Origin: an uncultured Clostridia bacterium | Lineage (GTDB): Bacteria > Bacillota > Clostridia > TANB77 > CAG-508 | NCBI GenBank assembly: GCA_947623285.1 | Contig: CANQGP010000002.1 | Coordinates: forward strand, 23,143 to 55,142 | DNA length: 32,000 nt | Direction: 5' to 3' | Part shown: one piece after another, positions 1 through 9,673 of the stretch | Layout: the number at the start of each line of letters is the position of its first letter | Position numbering within the stretch: position 1 is the first letter of the stretch | Made by a program: the position numbers and the translations under genes | The notes under the pieces: model-generated | Database searches by the model: none | Seen by the model: the letters and a program-made list of their open reading frames with translations, nothing else | Told to the model about the DNA's origin: nothing

Positions 1-3000
1 TACTAAGATTAATACAGTGTATACCATTTCTGAACCTGTTTTAACACTAACGATTGTATCTGCTGCACTGTAGTCATCCTCGTTTTTATCTCCGTTTCCT
101 GGTGTTGAGTTAATATCTTGTGTTCCTTCTTCGTTGTATGCTTCTGTGATTTCAGCTGTATTTCCCATGATTCCTGTATTACTTTCTGTCATTGTTTTTG
201 TTAATATTAATGTTACTACTCCACTTTCTCCTGGTGCTATTGCTTTGTTTTGTAAGCTATTTGTTCTTAACACTGTTCCTGTTTGATACCAATCTTGGTT
301 TAATTCTGAATTGAATACCATATCTTCTGGCATATAGTCGTCTATTGTTTTAACATATCCTGATACTTCTCCGACATTTTTTGCTTCTATTTTATATTCA
401 ATTATTAAATTGGCACCTTCCATCTTTTTGCCGTCAAGTTCAACTTTTGCTAATACTTCTTTGTCATAATTATATGTTTTTACATCTCCGTCATTTGTTC
501 TTACTGTTATTTTACTTATGTATTTTTCTAGTGCAAAATCAAATTTTCCTGTTGTTACTAATCCTATGTTTATGTTTGAAACATTTGAATTTTCTTGAAT
601 TGCTAACATATCTGTTATTCCATAGGTTTTTTCTTCTCCATCTATTCTAAGTGTTTTAGAGATTGCCTTTGAATTGCTGCTTGCGTCTACTCCTGGTTTT
701 TGATATTCTGTAAGTTTATATGTTCTTGTATCATATTCAAATATTACAACATATTCACCTTGTGGTATATTCTGAAGTGTATATAATCCTGTACTATCTG
801 TAGCACTTTGTATTTGATTTCCATTTTCATCTTTTGCAAATTCATTTGTTTCAATATTTAATAATTTTACTGTCATATTTTCTACTGTATTTTCATAATC
901 ATCTTTTGCTCCATTCAAATCTCCATCTACCCATGCATATCCAGATATTGTACCTTTACTAGTAGGATTTGGATTTTCTCCTGGTTCTGATGATGGGTTT
1001 GTTGTTGGTTCTGTTGATGGATTTGTTGATGGCTCTGATGATGGGTCTGTCGATGGTAGTGGTTCTTCTTGCGGTTCTCCTATTATGTGCTGTATTGTTT
1101 TTGTTTGTCCGACAACATTTCCTTTTTCCATTAATTCGACTTTATTATTTATTGGTATATTTTCAGTAGTTTCTCCTTGGTAATTGATTAATACTTTTGC
1201 TGTTAATGTTTTTTCTTCTTCAGGTCCCAAAGATATTACTTTGTTTATCTTATTATCTACCGCTTTTACTACATCTGTGTTTCCATCTTGTGATGTTATT
1301 GAAGCTTCAGCTAAAGAAACTTGTGATGGTAATTGATCAACCACATTTAATACTGGATATTCTATATTGCTGTTGTTTTTTATTCTTACTGAATATGTAA
1401 TTGCATCTCCTGATTGAACATATCCGTTTTCTTGTACATCTGAATTGATTGATAAATCAAATCCCTTTAAATATTCTAAATCAACATCCAATGTTGTAGA
1501 ACGATATGTATTACTTCCTGCTGTTACTATTCCTGATACTGATACTTTATCTTTTTGTGAATTTTCTACTACTTTAAATATTACATCTACTAAAGCACTT
1601 TGACCTGGTCCTATTGATTCTATAGTTATAGTTTCGTCATTTTTTGGTGCAAACTCTACATCAGTTGTTAATCTGTTTGATATTCTTTCTAATTCTGCTG
1701 GTGCATTCCATTTAGCTTTTACATTTTTTATTTCGTGATCTGTTGTATTTTTTATTTCCATCCTGCAGTTAACATTGTCACCTTCTTTATATGTTTGTGT
1801 ACTAACAACGAAGTATGTAATTGCTACTTGTAAGTCTCCACTTTGTTTACCTACTTTTACTGTAACTTCATTAGAATCTATACTTTTTTCTTCAAAACTT
1901 ACTGTTGCCTTACTCTTTATTTGCATTCCTGTTTCTGCTTCATTATTTACAATTACTTCAAAGCTTACTGTTTTACTTTCTTTTGCTTTAATTTCTTCTA
2001 TTTGAATTGTTTTTTCAGTTGCTTCTTCTTTATTTATTGCTAGTCCTTCTCTTGAAATTAATGTTGTTCCTTCTGGTATTTCAACTTTAGCTTGTACATT
2101 TGTTAAGTCTTCATCTCCTGTATTTTCTACTTCTACATCATATCTTATTATTTCATTTCTATTTACTTCTGAATCATTTTCTAATACTTCTCCTCCAACA
2201 ACTGCTGTTAAATTTGCAACCATTTGAGGTCCATTTGCTGTTTTTAATGCTATTGTTGTTGCTTCCATTTCTTGTGCTGAACTTGCTTGATTGTCATTAT
2301 ATTTTACTGAATATCCTTGATACATTTGTTGTTTATATTGTAGATTTTCTGGTACTGATATTCCATAAGATATTTTCATTGTTTCTGCAACATTCATATC
2401 TGATACTTGTACTAAATATTTTTTTGCTGCTCCTGTATTTGTTACTGTTTGTTCCCATCTATTTGACAAGTTTTCTAAATCGTCTGTTGCTTTTTCATTT
2501 TCTGTGTAATAAACTCTTACTTTACTTGGATCTATTCCTTCTACATTTAATGCTGTTGTTAATTGTGTATTAATGTTGTTTTCATATTCTTCTTTTCCTA
2601 TTTGTGCTTTTCCTTTTGTTCCAAATGTTCCCATTACTTTTACATCTGATATTTCACTTTCGTTGTTATTTATTACTTCTGATTCTACTGTTAATACCTT
2701 TTGTTCAGCTCCTGTAGGAATTGTTACATTTACTCCTTTTTGTTCTCCTACTGTTGAAACTCCTAATTCAGATATACTGTTTGTTGTAATCAAACTTCTT
2801 GGTGATACTATATCTACTACTGCTTCTTCTGTTCCTATTGGTGCTGCATCTTTATATTGATTTGCTTTTGCATTTGTATATGTCATTACTATACTATCTT
2901 TTTTGTTTAATGCTCTATTATTTAATGTAAGATTAGCATTTATGTCTATTACCGTTCCTTCTGTTCCTGCATCTTTATGTTCTTTTTGCTCTCCTATTAA

Positions 3001-4854
3001 TTCCATTCTTATTACTTGTTTTCCGTCTACTACTCCTTGGCTTGCATTTACTGTTGCAAATTCATCTCCATATAATTTGTTTACACTATTTACTTTTACT
3101 GCTTGTACATCTTTAGGAAATTCTATTGTAACTACTGGATTTGCATATAAATCTTGGCTTGGAGAATTTGTTTTTAATGTTGCTTTTATTTCTACATTTT
3201 CATTTTCTTGTGTTGTTGTTAAACTTGTAGCATTTGTTTCTATTGATGCTTGAGTTGTTGATTCTTTTAATTCTATTGTTGCCATTGTTCCTTCTTTACT
3301 TATGTTTGTTGCTATTTCTGGTGCTACTGCTATATTTCTTATTTGTTTTACTAATTCTCTTGGTTGATTTATTGCTCCACTTATTGATTTTGTATTTAGT
3401 ACTATCATTTTTCCTTCTGTTTGTGGTGCTGTTGTTTCTACTATGATATTTGTTTCTGCTTCTCCATAAGTTACTGTTATTATTCCTTGTTCATCTGCTT
3501 CAGTATCTTTTGTTATAGTTGTAATTACTTCTCCGTTTGCTCTTTTAATTGTAAATGTTCCATTTTCTCCAAACATATTTAAGAATTCATTTTTATTTAT
3601 TTTTGTTTCTTTATATCTTATATTTGTTGTTGGGATTATTCCTTGTCCTTCTTCATTTGTATATATGCTATTGTTTGTTTGCATTTCTAATTTTTCTATT
3701 CCTTCTGTATATGAAACTACCATAGCATTTTTTTCTATATAATCCATTTCTTTTGCTTCGTTGTCATATAAATATCCTTTATATATATCTCCTGTTAATT
3801 GTGTTTCTACAGTTGCTATGTTTCCTATTGGAGTAATTGCTAATGCTTGTACATCTTCTTTATTTATATTATCTCCTTTTGAATATAAAGAAGTTTGTGA
3901 TGAAGTTCTTAATTCTACTGGAGTTTCTACTAATGGTGCTGTACTTGTGTAATGGTACATTATTGTGTATTCTTTTTTATCTGATCCCCAGTTTAAATTT
4001 CCTTCATTGTTGTCAATGTTTTTATATGACACAATTACTGTTCCTTCATTTTTATTGTATATTACATTTTCTTCTGCAACACGGTCACCATCTATAAGTA
4101 CTGTTACATTTTCTGGTTTTTCATTTGCAATTATTGGCACGTTTGTTTGAATTGTTTCAGTATTTCTAGGTAATATGTTTTTTACTACTTCTGTTTGCAC
4201 CTTTTGTTGAACCAATGTACCATTTGCACCTAAACTGAAATATTTTTCTATTGATTGAGTTAGATTTATTTCAGCATTAGCTGTCCACATTGGTTTTATT
4301 TTTACACTACCTTCCAATTCTTTTTCTCTTTTATTTGTGTTTTCATATTTTCCGTTTAATGTAATATTTATTTCTTTATTTAAATAATTTGTACTTATTA
4401 CATCTGACTTTTTGAATTGTATTGGTAATACTATTGATGCTACAGTATTAGAAGATATATTTTTTAATTCAATTTCATTTGTATCTGTGTTTACATTATT
4501 CACATATTTATTTTCAGTTATTTTATCTTTTATAATACTGAAATTGGCATCTTCTATTTTGATAGTTGCATTTGAAATAGAGAACTTATCTTTTACTGAT
4601 ATTTCTAAATGTAGATTTTGTTCTTCTTCTATATTTAATTCTGTTTGATGTTCTCTTCCTTCTTTTTCAAAGTATGTATCAAAACTGATATTTTCTCCTT
4701 TCGTTATTGTTGCTTGGTTTTCTAATTCTTCAGCAACTGCACTAGCAATGTTGCTTCCTACTAATGCAAAGTTAGCAAATATCATACAAAATATGATTAA
4801 TGTTGCAATTATTTTGTTTGCTAAAGATTTGTTACTTAATATGAATTTTTCCAT
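1..4854 (-). CDS. Giant cell-surface protein (1618 codons visible; the last ~20-30 codons lie beyond the left edge); paralog of the 9691-14469 gene
   Basis: Absent from the ORF track only because its stop is outside the window. The minus-strand frame aligned to position 1 is open in every line I checked (no in-frame tta/cta/tca on the + strand). ATG at 4854-4852 is preceded by GAGGGAG and by an in-frame TGA (4866-4864). The product starts MEKFILSNKSLANKIIATLIIFCMIFANFALVGSNIASAVAEE (signal-peptide-like). Its last ~330 aa are colinear with the 9691-14469 product: ISGYAWVDGDLNG...GLYTLQNIPQGEYVVIFEYD (SdrD-B/Cna-B-like), then ...INSTPGNGDKNEDDYSAADTIVSVKTGSEMVYTVLILV at the edge. The + strand ORFs 381-4648 are Leu/Phe-rich antisense artefacts. 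Confidence 0.85.
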   Translation of the reverse strand, partial: MEKFILSNKSLANKIIATLIIFCMIFANFALVGSNIASAVAEELENQATITKGENISFDTYFEKEGREHQTELNIEEEQNLHLEISVKDKFSISNATIKIEDANFSIIKDKITENKYVNNVNTDTNEIELKNISSNTVASIVLPIQFKKSDVISTNYLNKEINITLNGKYENTNKREKELEGSVKIKPMWTANAEINLTQSIEKYFSLGANGTLVQQKVQTEVVKNILPRNTETIQTNVPIIANEKPENVTVLIDGDRVAEENVIYNKNEGTVIVSYKNIDNNEGNLNWGSDKKEYTIMYHYTSTAPLVETPVELRTSSQTSLYSKGDNINKEDVQALAITPIGNIATVETQLTGDIYKGYLYDNEAKEMDYIEKNAMVVSYTEGIEKLEMQTNNSIYTNEEGQGIIPTTNIRYKETKINKNEFLNMFGENGTFTIKRANGEVITTITKDTEADEQGIITVTYGEAETNIIVETTAPQTEGKMIVLNTKSISGAINQPRELVKQIRNIAVAPEIATNISKEGTMATIELKESTTQASIETNATSLTTTQENENVEIKATLKTNSPSQDLYANPVVTIEFPKDVQAVKVNSVNKLYGDEFATVNASQGVVDGKQVIRMELIGEQKEHKDAGTEGTVIDINANLTLNNRALNKKDSIVMTYTNAKANQYKDAAPIGTEEAVVDIVSPRSLITTNSISELGVSTVGEQKGVNVTIPTGAEQKVLTVESEVINNNESEISDVKVMGTFGTKGKAQIGKEEYENNINTQLTTALNVEGIDPSKVRVYYTENEKATDDLENLSNRWEQTVTNTGAAKKYLVQVSDMNVAETMKISYGISVPENLQYKQQMYQGYSVKYNDNQASSAQEMEATTIALKTANGPQMVANLTAVVGGEVLENDSEVNRNEIIRYDVEVENTGDEDLTNVQAKVEIPEGTTLISREGLAINKEEATEKTIQIEEIKAKESKTVSFEVIVNNEAETGMQIKSKATVSFEEKSIDSNEVTVKVGKQSGDLQVAITYFVVSTQTYKEGDNVNCRMEIKNTTDHEIKNVKAKWNAPAELERISNRLTTDVEFAPKNDETITIESIGPGQSALVDVIFKVVENSQKDKVSVSGIVTAGSNTYRSTTLDVDLEYLKGFDLSINSDVQENGYVQSGDAITYSVRIKNNSNIEYPVLNVVDQLPSQVSLAEASITSQDGNTDVVKAVDNKINKVISLGPEEEKTLTAKVLINYQGETTENIPINNKVELMEKGNVVGQTKTIQHIIGEPQEEPLPSTDPSSEPSTNPSTEPTTNPSSEPGENPNPTSKGTISGYAWVDGDLNGAKDDYENTVENMTVKLLNIETNEFAKDENGNQIQSATDSTGLYTLQNIPQGEYVVIFEYDTRTYKLTEYQKPGVDASSNSKAISKTLRIDGEEKTYGITDMLAIQENSNVSNINIGLVTTGKFDFALEKYISKITVRTNDGDVKTYNYDKEVLAKVELDGKKMEGANLIIEYKIEAKNVGEVSGYVKTIDDYMPEDMVFNSELNQDWYQTGTVLRTNSLQNKAIAPGESGVVTLILTKTMTESNTGIMGNTAEITEAYNEEGTQDINSTPGNGDKNEDDYSAADTIVSVKTGSEMVYTVLILV
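970..1074 (-). repeat. In-frame 12-nt tandem repeat (tetrapeptide P-[ST]-[ST]-[EDN]) forming a Pro/Ser/Thr linker
   Basis: Minus-strand translation is EEPLPSTDPSSEPSTNPSTEPTTNPSSEPGENPNP. The Pro codon (tgg on the + strand) recurs every 12 nt from 982 to 1056. The tract is locally G+C-richer and lies immediately N-terminal of the SdrD-B-like module. Confidence 0.8.
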
Positions 4855-4897
4855 AACACTCCCTCACATTCTTCTCCTTATAAATTTCACTAATAAT

Positions 4898-4926
4898 ATA
4901 TTAGCTAGTTTTTTTTTCTAAATCAA
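4898..4926 (-). promoter_or_regulatory. Putative sigma-A-type promoter of the 4854-1 gene
   Basis: The minus strand reads TTGATT (4926-4921), 17 nt, TAATAT (4903-4898). The spacer contains an A9 run (T9 on the + strand, 4909-4917). It lies ~45 nt upstream of the ATG. Confidence 0.45.
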
Positions 4927-5177
4927 TAGCTGTATTCTTTGCTTTGAGCTTGATTGAGAGTTTTGCAGTTAGGGAAGCTCATTCTAGGGTTTTTTGTGTT
5001 AGTTTTGTTAAAAATTGTTTACATTTTTGTTACATTTTAAGTTTTTTTGGTGGTTATTTGCGTTTCCGTAAAGGGTTTTGAAGTTTTCTATCTTTTTAAA
5101 TTTTTTTAAATTTTTTTGATTTTTTGTTGAATTATTTAAAATTTTTTTAAAATTTCTATGATTTTTTGTTAAATTTT

Positions 5178-5221
5178 AAAAAAAAATAAGAAGATAAGAA
5201 CTAATTTCCTATCTTCTTATT
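5178..5221 (-). terminator. Intrinsic terminator downstream of the 5243-9673 gene
   Basis: Perfect 12-bp stem (5210-5221 tatcttcttatt pairs with 5185-5196 aataagaagata) with a 13-nt loop. On the minus strand it is followed by a T-run (A-run 5178-5184 on the + strand). It begins 22 nt after the stop codon. Confidence 0.8.
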
Positions 5222-5242
5222 AAATATATTAACTTTTTATGC

Positions 5243-8200
5243 TTATTTTGTTAATACTTTTTTCTTTATTAATACTATTCCGCTTCCAAGTACTATTAAT
5301 GCTACTATTGTTACGGCAGTATAGATTACATATGTTATAGCATCTTGTCCTGTTGGTGAAGTTACCTTTACTTCTTCTGAAACTGATGTATCATTTTCTC
5401 CTTCATCTATTTGTCCTTCTTCTAATGCTTTTCCTGGTACATAATTTCCTGGTGTTGAGCTTACTTTTCTTCCGCCCTTTTCTTTGTCTATATGTATAAT
5501 TTCTGTTTCATTGTTAAGGTTAATATCTTCATCTGATGCTGCTAATACTTTAGATACTGTTAAGTTTGTTGTGTTTACATTGTTTGGTGCTTCTGGTGTT
5601 AATGGCTTACTTAATGCTGTAGTTGTTAATATTCTCTTAGCATCTAATTTTGTTGTATCTGCTTTAACTTCGTCTGCAAACATATTCTTGTGTGTAGTAT
5701 GTAATTCTTCTGTTGCACTTGTAACCCATCCTGCATCTTTTTGTTGCCAATCACTATTTATAGTTTCATCATATCCCCAACTATTATCTAGGTAATCTAC
5801 TATTTCTTCTGCACTTAATGTTCTTAGTTGTGCACCTGGGTCTATTACTCCATAATCATAGTATCTTGTACTGTCATAATCTTTTTCACTTATGTTTGTT
5901 GCTTTAAATTCGTATTGTACTTGTAAAGTAGCTCCTTGCATTACCTCATTATCTAATTCTAGTTTAACTGTTCCAAATGGTGCTGTATTTGATTGAGGCA
6001 TGTATGTTAATGAATCTCTTTGTCCTGTTATTGTTCCATCTTCAGCTATTGTTGCATCTACTAATACTTGTCCATTTGCAAATGTTAATCTTAATCCGCT
6101 TACACGTTTTGATAATTTTAAATCTTGTATTGGTCTTTCAATTATACCGAAGTCAACACGTGGGACATTATATTTTAAGAATACATCTTTTACTGAATTT
6201 CCATCTTGGTCAAATTCTACTTCTGTAACTTCTAGTTCATCAAATTCTATTGTTATTGACATTGGAGCTGTTGTTGATTCCATATTCATGTTTGCTGTGT
6301 TAACACTATTTTCATATACTTGATGTTTTGTAATTTCATCAATTTCTGCTCTTATACTTGGATCGTCCTTAGCATCTGTATATCTTGGGTCAACTTGATC
6401 TGGATTTTCTGGATTTTCTAAGTATTTCTTATACCATTCAGGGTTAGTCATTTTTCTGTTCCATTCATCTTCTGGTTGAGTTGTTGATTTGTAGTTTTCT
6501 GATGTATAAGTTATTACTGTTCCATCAGCTAATGTATATGTTTGACTTCCGTCTCCCCATATAAATCTGATTACATATTTTCCTGGTACAAATCCATTTA
6601 TTGAATAAGTTCCGTCATCATTTGATGTGATAGTTTCTGTGGTAATTTCATTACCAAGGTTATCAAATCTTTGAGCTAATTTTGGATTATTTGATTCATC
6701 TTTTTTGATTATAGGATTTCCTTCGCTATCACGTTCTATTTCTTCATTTTCTGTTGTTTCTACTTCTAGTAGTTGAACTTGTACATTTCCTATTCCATGT
6801 TCTCCTCCATCAAATATTCCATTTCCTAGTTTTTGATTTCCTGTTCCACCATTATTTGGTGCTTCTGCTAAGTCTTCAAATACATTTCCTTCTAATGTTC
6901 TACCATCTCCGTCTCCATGGTATTGTAATATGAATGATGGTGCTGCATCTGTATCATCTTCGTATGTTTCTAAGTTGTCTGGTGTTACATTTCCTGGTGC
7001 TGAATCTATATCTATACCTGCATATACATTTCCTTCTGAGTCGAATGAAGTATATGATGCTATTTCTACTACATTTTCTAATGGAGCTTCTGGTTCGTTT
7101 TCATCATTTTCATTCATATCTAGTATTGTTTTTACTGTATCTCTATTCATTATGAATTGTATATAAACATCTGAACCTTGATAATCTCCTTTTAATTCTC
7201 CAGTGTTATCTTTTACACCTTGATATTCTCCATTTAATTTGTCTTCTTCTACTTGTTTTTCTTCTTCTTCACTTGATGGTGCACTAGATTTACCTGGTTC
7301 TAATATTGTGTCTAATGTGTTGATTGTTACCATTTTGTATTTATCATTGTAGTTTTCATTTTCTTGATATTTTAATTCTCCAGTTACATTTCCTTTTTCA
7401 TCTATACCTGTTCCTATTGCTTGGATTGTATAATTTGCATCATAGTAATCTACTATTCTGTTTACTCTTGCTCCTAATGTTGTTGACTCATTTCTGTATC
7501 TTATTCTATATGTTACTGCTACTTTTAACTCTTTGTTATTTTCACCTTCTGATTGTTGTGCACTATCATCTGTATATAATGCATCTGCTTTATAAATTGG
7601 TCTTGTATATTTTGCTTTATCTGGATTTGTAGTTCCTGTTGGGAATTTAACTCCAACATTGAATCCGTTTTCATATTCACCTTGGTTTTCATATCTATTT
7701 GCATAGTTATATGTGTGATTATATCCATTTATTGATACTATTGCGTTTTGTACGTCTTTTTTAATTGCTAAGTCAGGTCTATCTCTTAAATATAATCCTA
7801 AGTTGATGTTTTTAATTTCTTCTACTTCTCCATATGTGAAGTGGCTTTCTATTGAATATCCTGTTTCATCTGTATTTGCTGTTAATGGGAAGTATTGATT
7901 TTCATAATCAAAGAATGATTTGTATCTGTCGTCGCCTTCACCTTTGTTGTATTTTAATTCATTTATTCTACTTTCACCATCTTTAAATATAGATACTCCT
8001 GTATTCTTTTCTTTATCATTTCCTTCTACATAAGTAAATTCATCATTAAAGCTTTGTCTTGTAATTTCATTTTCTGCTGCTTTTGAACCATTGTCTATAT
8101 CTATATGTGGGATTACATTTGTATAAATTAATCCGTCATATTCAAATTCGATATAGTAATCATTTAGTTTTTCTATTTCAACATCTTCAAATAGATATGC

Positions 8201-9673
8201 TCCATTTTCGTCTGTTTTTTGTTCTCCTATTACTTCGCCAGTTGATTTTGATTTTAATCTTACTGTTACTCCTGGCATTAATTCATCGTTCTTGTCATAT
8301 GTATTGTCTTGGAATAAGTCATTTCTTTGAGTGTCTTTTCCAAATATCATATCTTTCCATACATATCCTGAAAGTTTAATCCATTTTTGTTCATTTTCTA
8401 CAACTTGGTAGTCACCGTCTATTATGACTTTTACATCTGTACCATTTTCTGGAGCTATATATCCATAATGTTTGTTTCCAACCTCATGTGCTGTATATGT
8501 TCCGACAATTAAGTCTTTTATTTCTATTTGTCCTTTATCGTCTGTTGTAAATTCTGTTGCTTCTTCTCTACTGTCTACATATGAGATTTTATCTCCTTCT
8601 TGTTTTACATATTTTCCTCTTGCATTTGTAAATACAAATGTTACTCCGTCTAATTTAAAGTCATGATTATTTTTATTTACTTTTTCTAGTTTTAAATCTC
8701 CTAATAGAATAATTTCTGGTACTTCTGCGTTTGCATTATCTCTTAATGGAGTAGGTTGTGTGTCTACTGTTATTAGGTTTTGTCCTCCTGTACCTAGTAT
8801 CCATATATCTGCTTTTATATCTTGTGAATCTTTGTATATTCCTACATCAATTTTATTGATTTTTTCTACAGTTCCATCTGCTGGAACTAATACAAAGAAT
8901 TGTTTTTCATTTTTTAGTATATCTAATGCATTTGATGAAGTTATAAGATTGTCACCTTCATAGCTTCCATATAATGGAGCTATTTCATTATTATTTTGAT
9001 CATATGTTCTTACATATTCTAATGTTCCATCAAATTGTGGTGTAAATGGTCCTACTTTTGCAAGTTCTTGTCCATTTATTTCTACTAATTCTATTGTTGG
9101 TTGTGCTTCACTCTTTATTGTTATTGTTGCTTTTTGTTCTTGTTGTACAGATTGTGCATATTGTTCACCTTGTTTTATCATGCTTGGATATGAATGTCCT
9201 CCTGAATTATAACCAACATCTCTTATTACGTTTGCATTTAACCATGTTCCAATATGTCCATATACTGCTTGTTGTTTTGGAGAGTAATTTCCTACCCAGC
9301 TTCCTGAATCATATTGTGCTAAAATGTATGCCATTGTTCCATTTGCTGTGTCTTCATGTGTTGCTAATAGGCTTGAAGGTGAATTACTATTTCCTCTATA
9401 TATATAAGAAGTATTTTTGTCTATATGTACATAATATTGAATATTAAATACAGTATGTGGATTTAAGTAACGTCCATTTTGTATACAGAATGTTTCGTTT
9501 CCTGGTAGTCCTTCTACTACTGTGTCTGCACTTGTTGCATCTCTACGAAGTGAACCTACTACTGTTGGAACTCCAAAATCTAATTGTCTTGCTTCTGCTT
9601 TTGTTTGAACTATTATTATTGCTAATAACATCATCATTATTGTTACAACTACTTTTAATATTTTCTTACTCAT
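5243..9673 (-). CDS. Giant surface protein with a putative N-terminal thioester (TQXA-like) adhesin domain and a Cna-B/SdrD-B-type stalk
   Basis: The ORF track gives 5243-9682 from a TTG. The better start is ATG 9673 (MSKKILKVVV...), with GGAGG at 9687-9683 nine nt upstream. Signal peptide ends ...VQTKAEA. FCIQ (Cys codon 9487-9485) and KQQAVY (9277-9260) resemble the Cys and Gln motifs of thioester domains. Later come a prealbumin/Cna-B-like module (LKLEKVNK...IVGTYTAHEVG..YGY) and two SdrD-B-like modules (LSGYVWKD...DENGAYLFEDV; LEGNVFED...DDGTYSINGFVPGKYVIRF). The C-terminus is TSPTG, a hydrophobic helix, then KKKVLTK. Confidence 0.9.
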   Translation of the reverse strand: MSKKILKVVVTIMMMLLAIIIVQTKAEARQLDFGVPTVVGSLRRDATSADTVVEGLPGNETFCIQNGRYLNPHTVFNIQYYVHIDKNTSYIYRGNSNSPSSLLATHEDTANGTMAYILAQYDSGSWVGNYSPKQQAVYGHIGTWLNANVIRDVGYNSGGHSYPSMIKQGEQYAQSVQQEQKATITIKSEAQPTIELVEINGQELAKVGPFTPQFDGTLEYVRTYDQNNNEIAPLYGSYEGDNLITSSNALDILKNEKQFFVLVPADGTVEKINKIDVGIYKDSQDIKADIWILGTGGQNLITVDTQPTPLRDNANAEVPEIILLGDLKLEKVNKNNHDFKLDGVTFVFTNARGKYVKQEGDKISYVDSREEATEFTTDDKGQIEIKDLIVGTYTAHEVGNKHYGYIAPENGTDVKVIIDGDYQVVENEQKWIKLSGYVWKDMIFGKDTQRNDLFQDNTYDKNDELMPGVTVRLKSKSTGEVIGEQKTDENGAYLFEDVEIEKLNDYYIEFEYDGLIYTNVIPHIDIDNGSKAAENEITRQSFNDEFTYVEGNDKEKNTGVSIFKDGESRINELKYNKGEGDDRYKSFFDYENQYFPLTANTDETGYSIESHFTYGEVEEIKNINLGLYLRDRPDLAIKKDVQNAIVSINGYNHTYNYANRYENQGEYENGFNVGVKFPTGTTNPDKAKYTRPIYKADALYTDDSAQQSEGENNKELKVAVTYRIRYRNESTTLGARVNRIVDYYDANYTIQAIGTGIDEKGNVTGELKYQENENYNDKYKMVTINTLDTILEPGKSSAPSSEEEEKQVEEDKLNGEYQGVKDNTGELKGDYQGSDVYIQFIMNRDTVKTILDMNENDENEPEAPLENVVEIASYTSFDSEGNVYAGIDIDSAPGNVTPDNLETYEDDTDAAPSFILQYHGDGDGRTLEGNVFEDLAEAPNNGGTGNQKLGNGIFDGGEHGIGNVQVQLLEVETTENEEIERDSEGNPIIKKDESNNPKLAQRFDNLGNEITTETITSNDDGTYSINGFVPGKYVIRFIWGDGSQTYTLADGTVITYTSENYKSTTQPEDEWNRKMTNPEWYKKYLENPENPDQVDPRYTDAKDDPSIRAEIDEITKHQVYENSVNTANMNMESTTAPMSITIEFDELEVTEVEFDQDGNSVKDVFLKYNVPRVDFGIIERPIQDLKLSKRVSGLRLTFANGQVLVDATIAEDGTITGQRDSLTYMPQSNTAPFGTVKLELDNEVMQGATLQVQYEFKATNISEKDYDSTRYYDYGVIDPGAQLRTLSAEEIVDYLDNSWGYDETINSDWQQKDAGWVTSATEELHTTHKNMFADEVKADTTKLDAKRILTTTALSKPLTPEAPNNVNTTNLTVSKVLAASDEDINLNNETEIIHIDKEKGGRKVSSTPGNYVPGKALEEGQIDEGENDTSVSEEVKVTSPTGQDAITYVIYTAVTIVALIVLGSGIVLIKKKVLTK

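Noticed and set aside
5016-5038. Recurring TGTT(T)ACAT(T) motif (5016-5038; also 24141-24150 and 24181-24190, the latter pair exactly 40 nt apart) as a shared operator for the adhesin and the M23 peptidase
   Set aside because: It is an 8-mer dominated by A/T. By a rough base-composition estimate, a few copies are expected by chance in 32 kb of this composition. Positions relative to the two promoters also differ. It is not supportable without comparative data.
7525-7728. 67-aa minus-strand ORF inside the middle giant gene
   Set aside because: It is an alternative frame fully embedded in the 5243-9673 CDS. It has low-complexity composition and no start signals.
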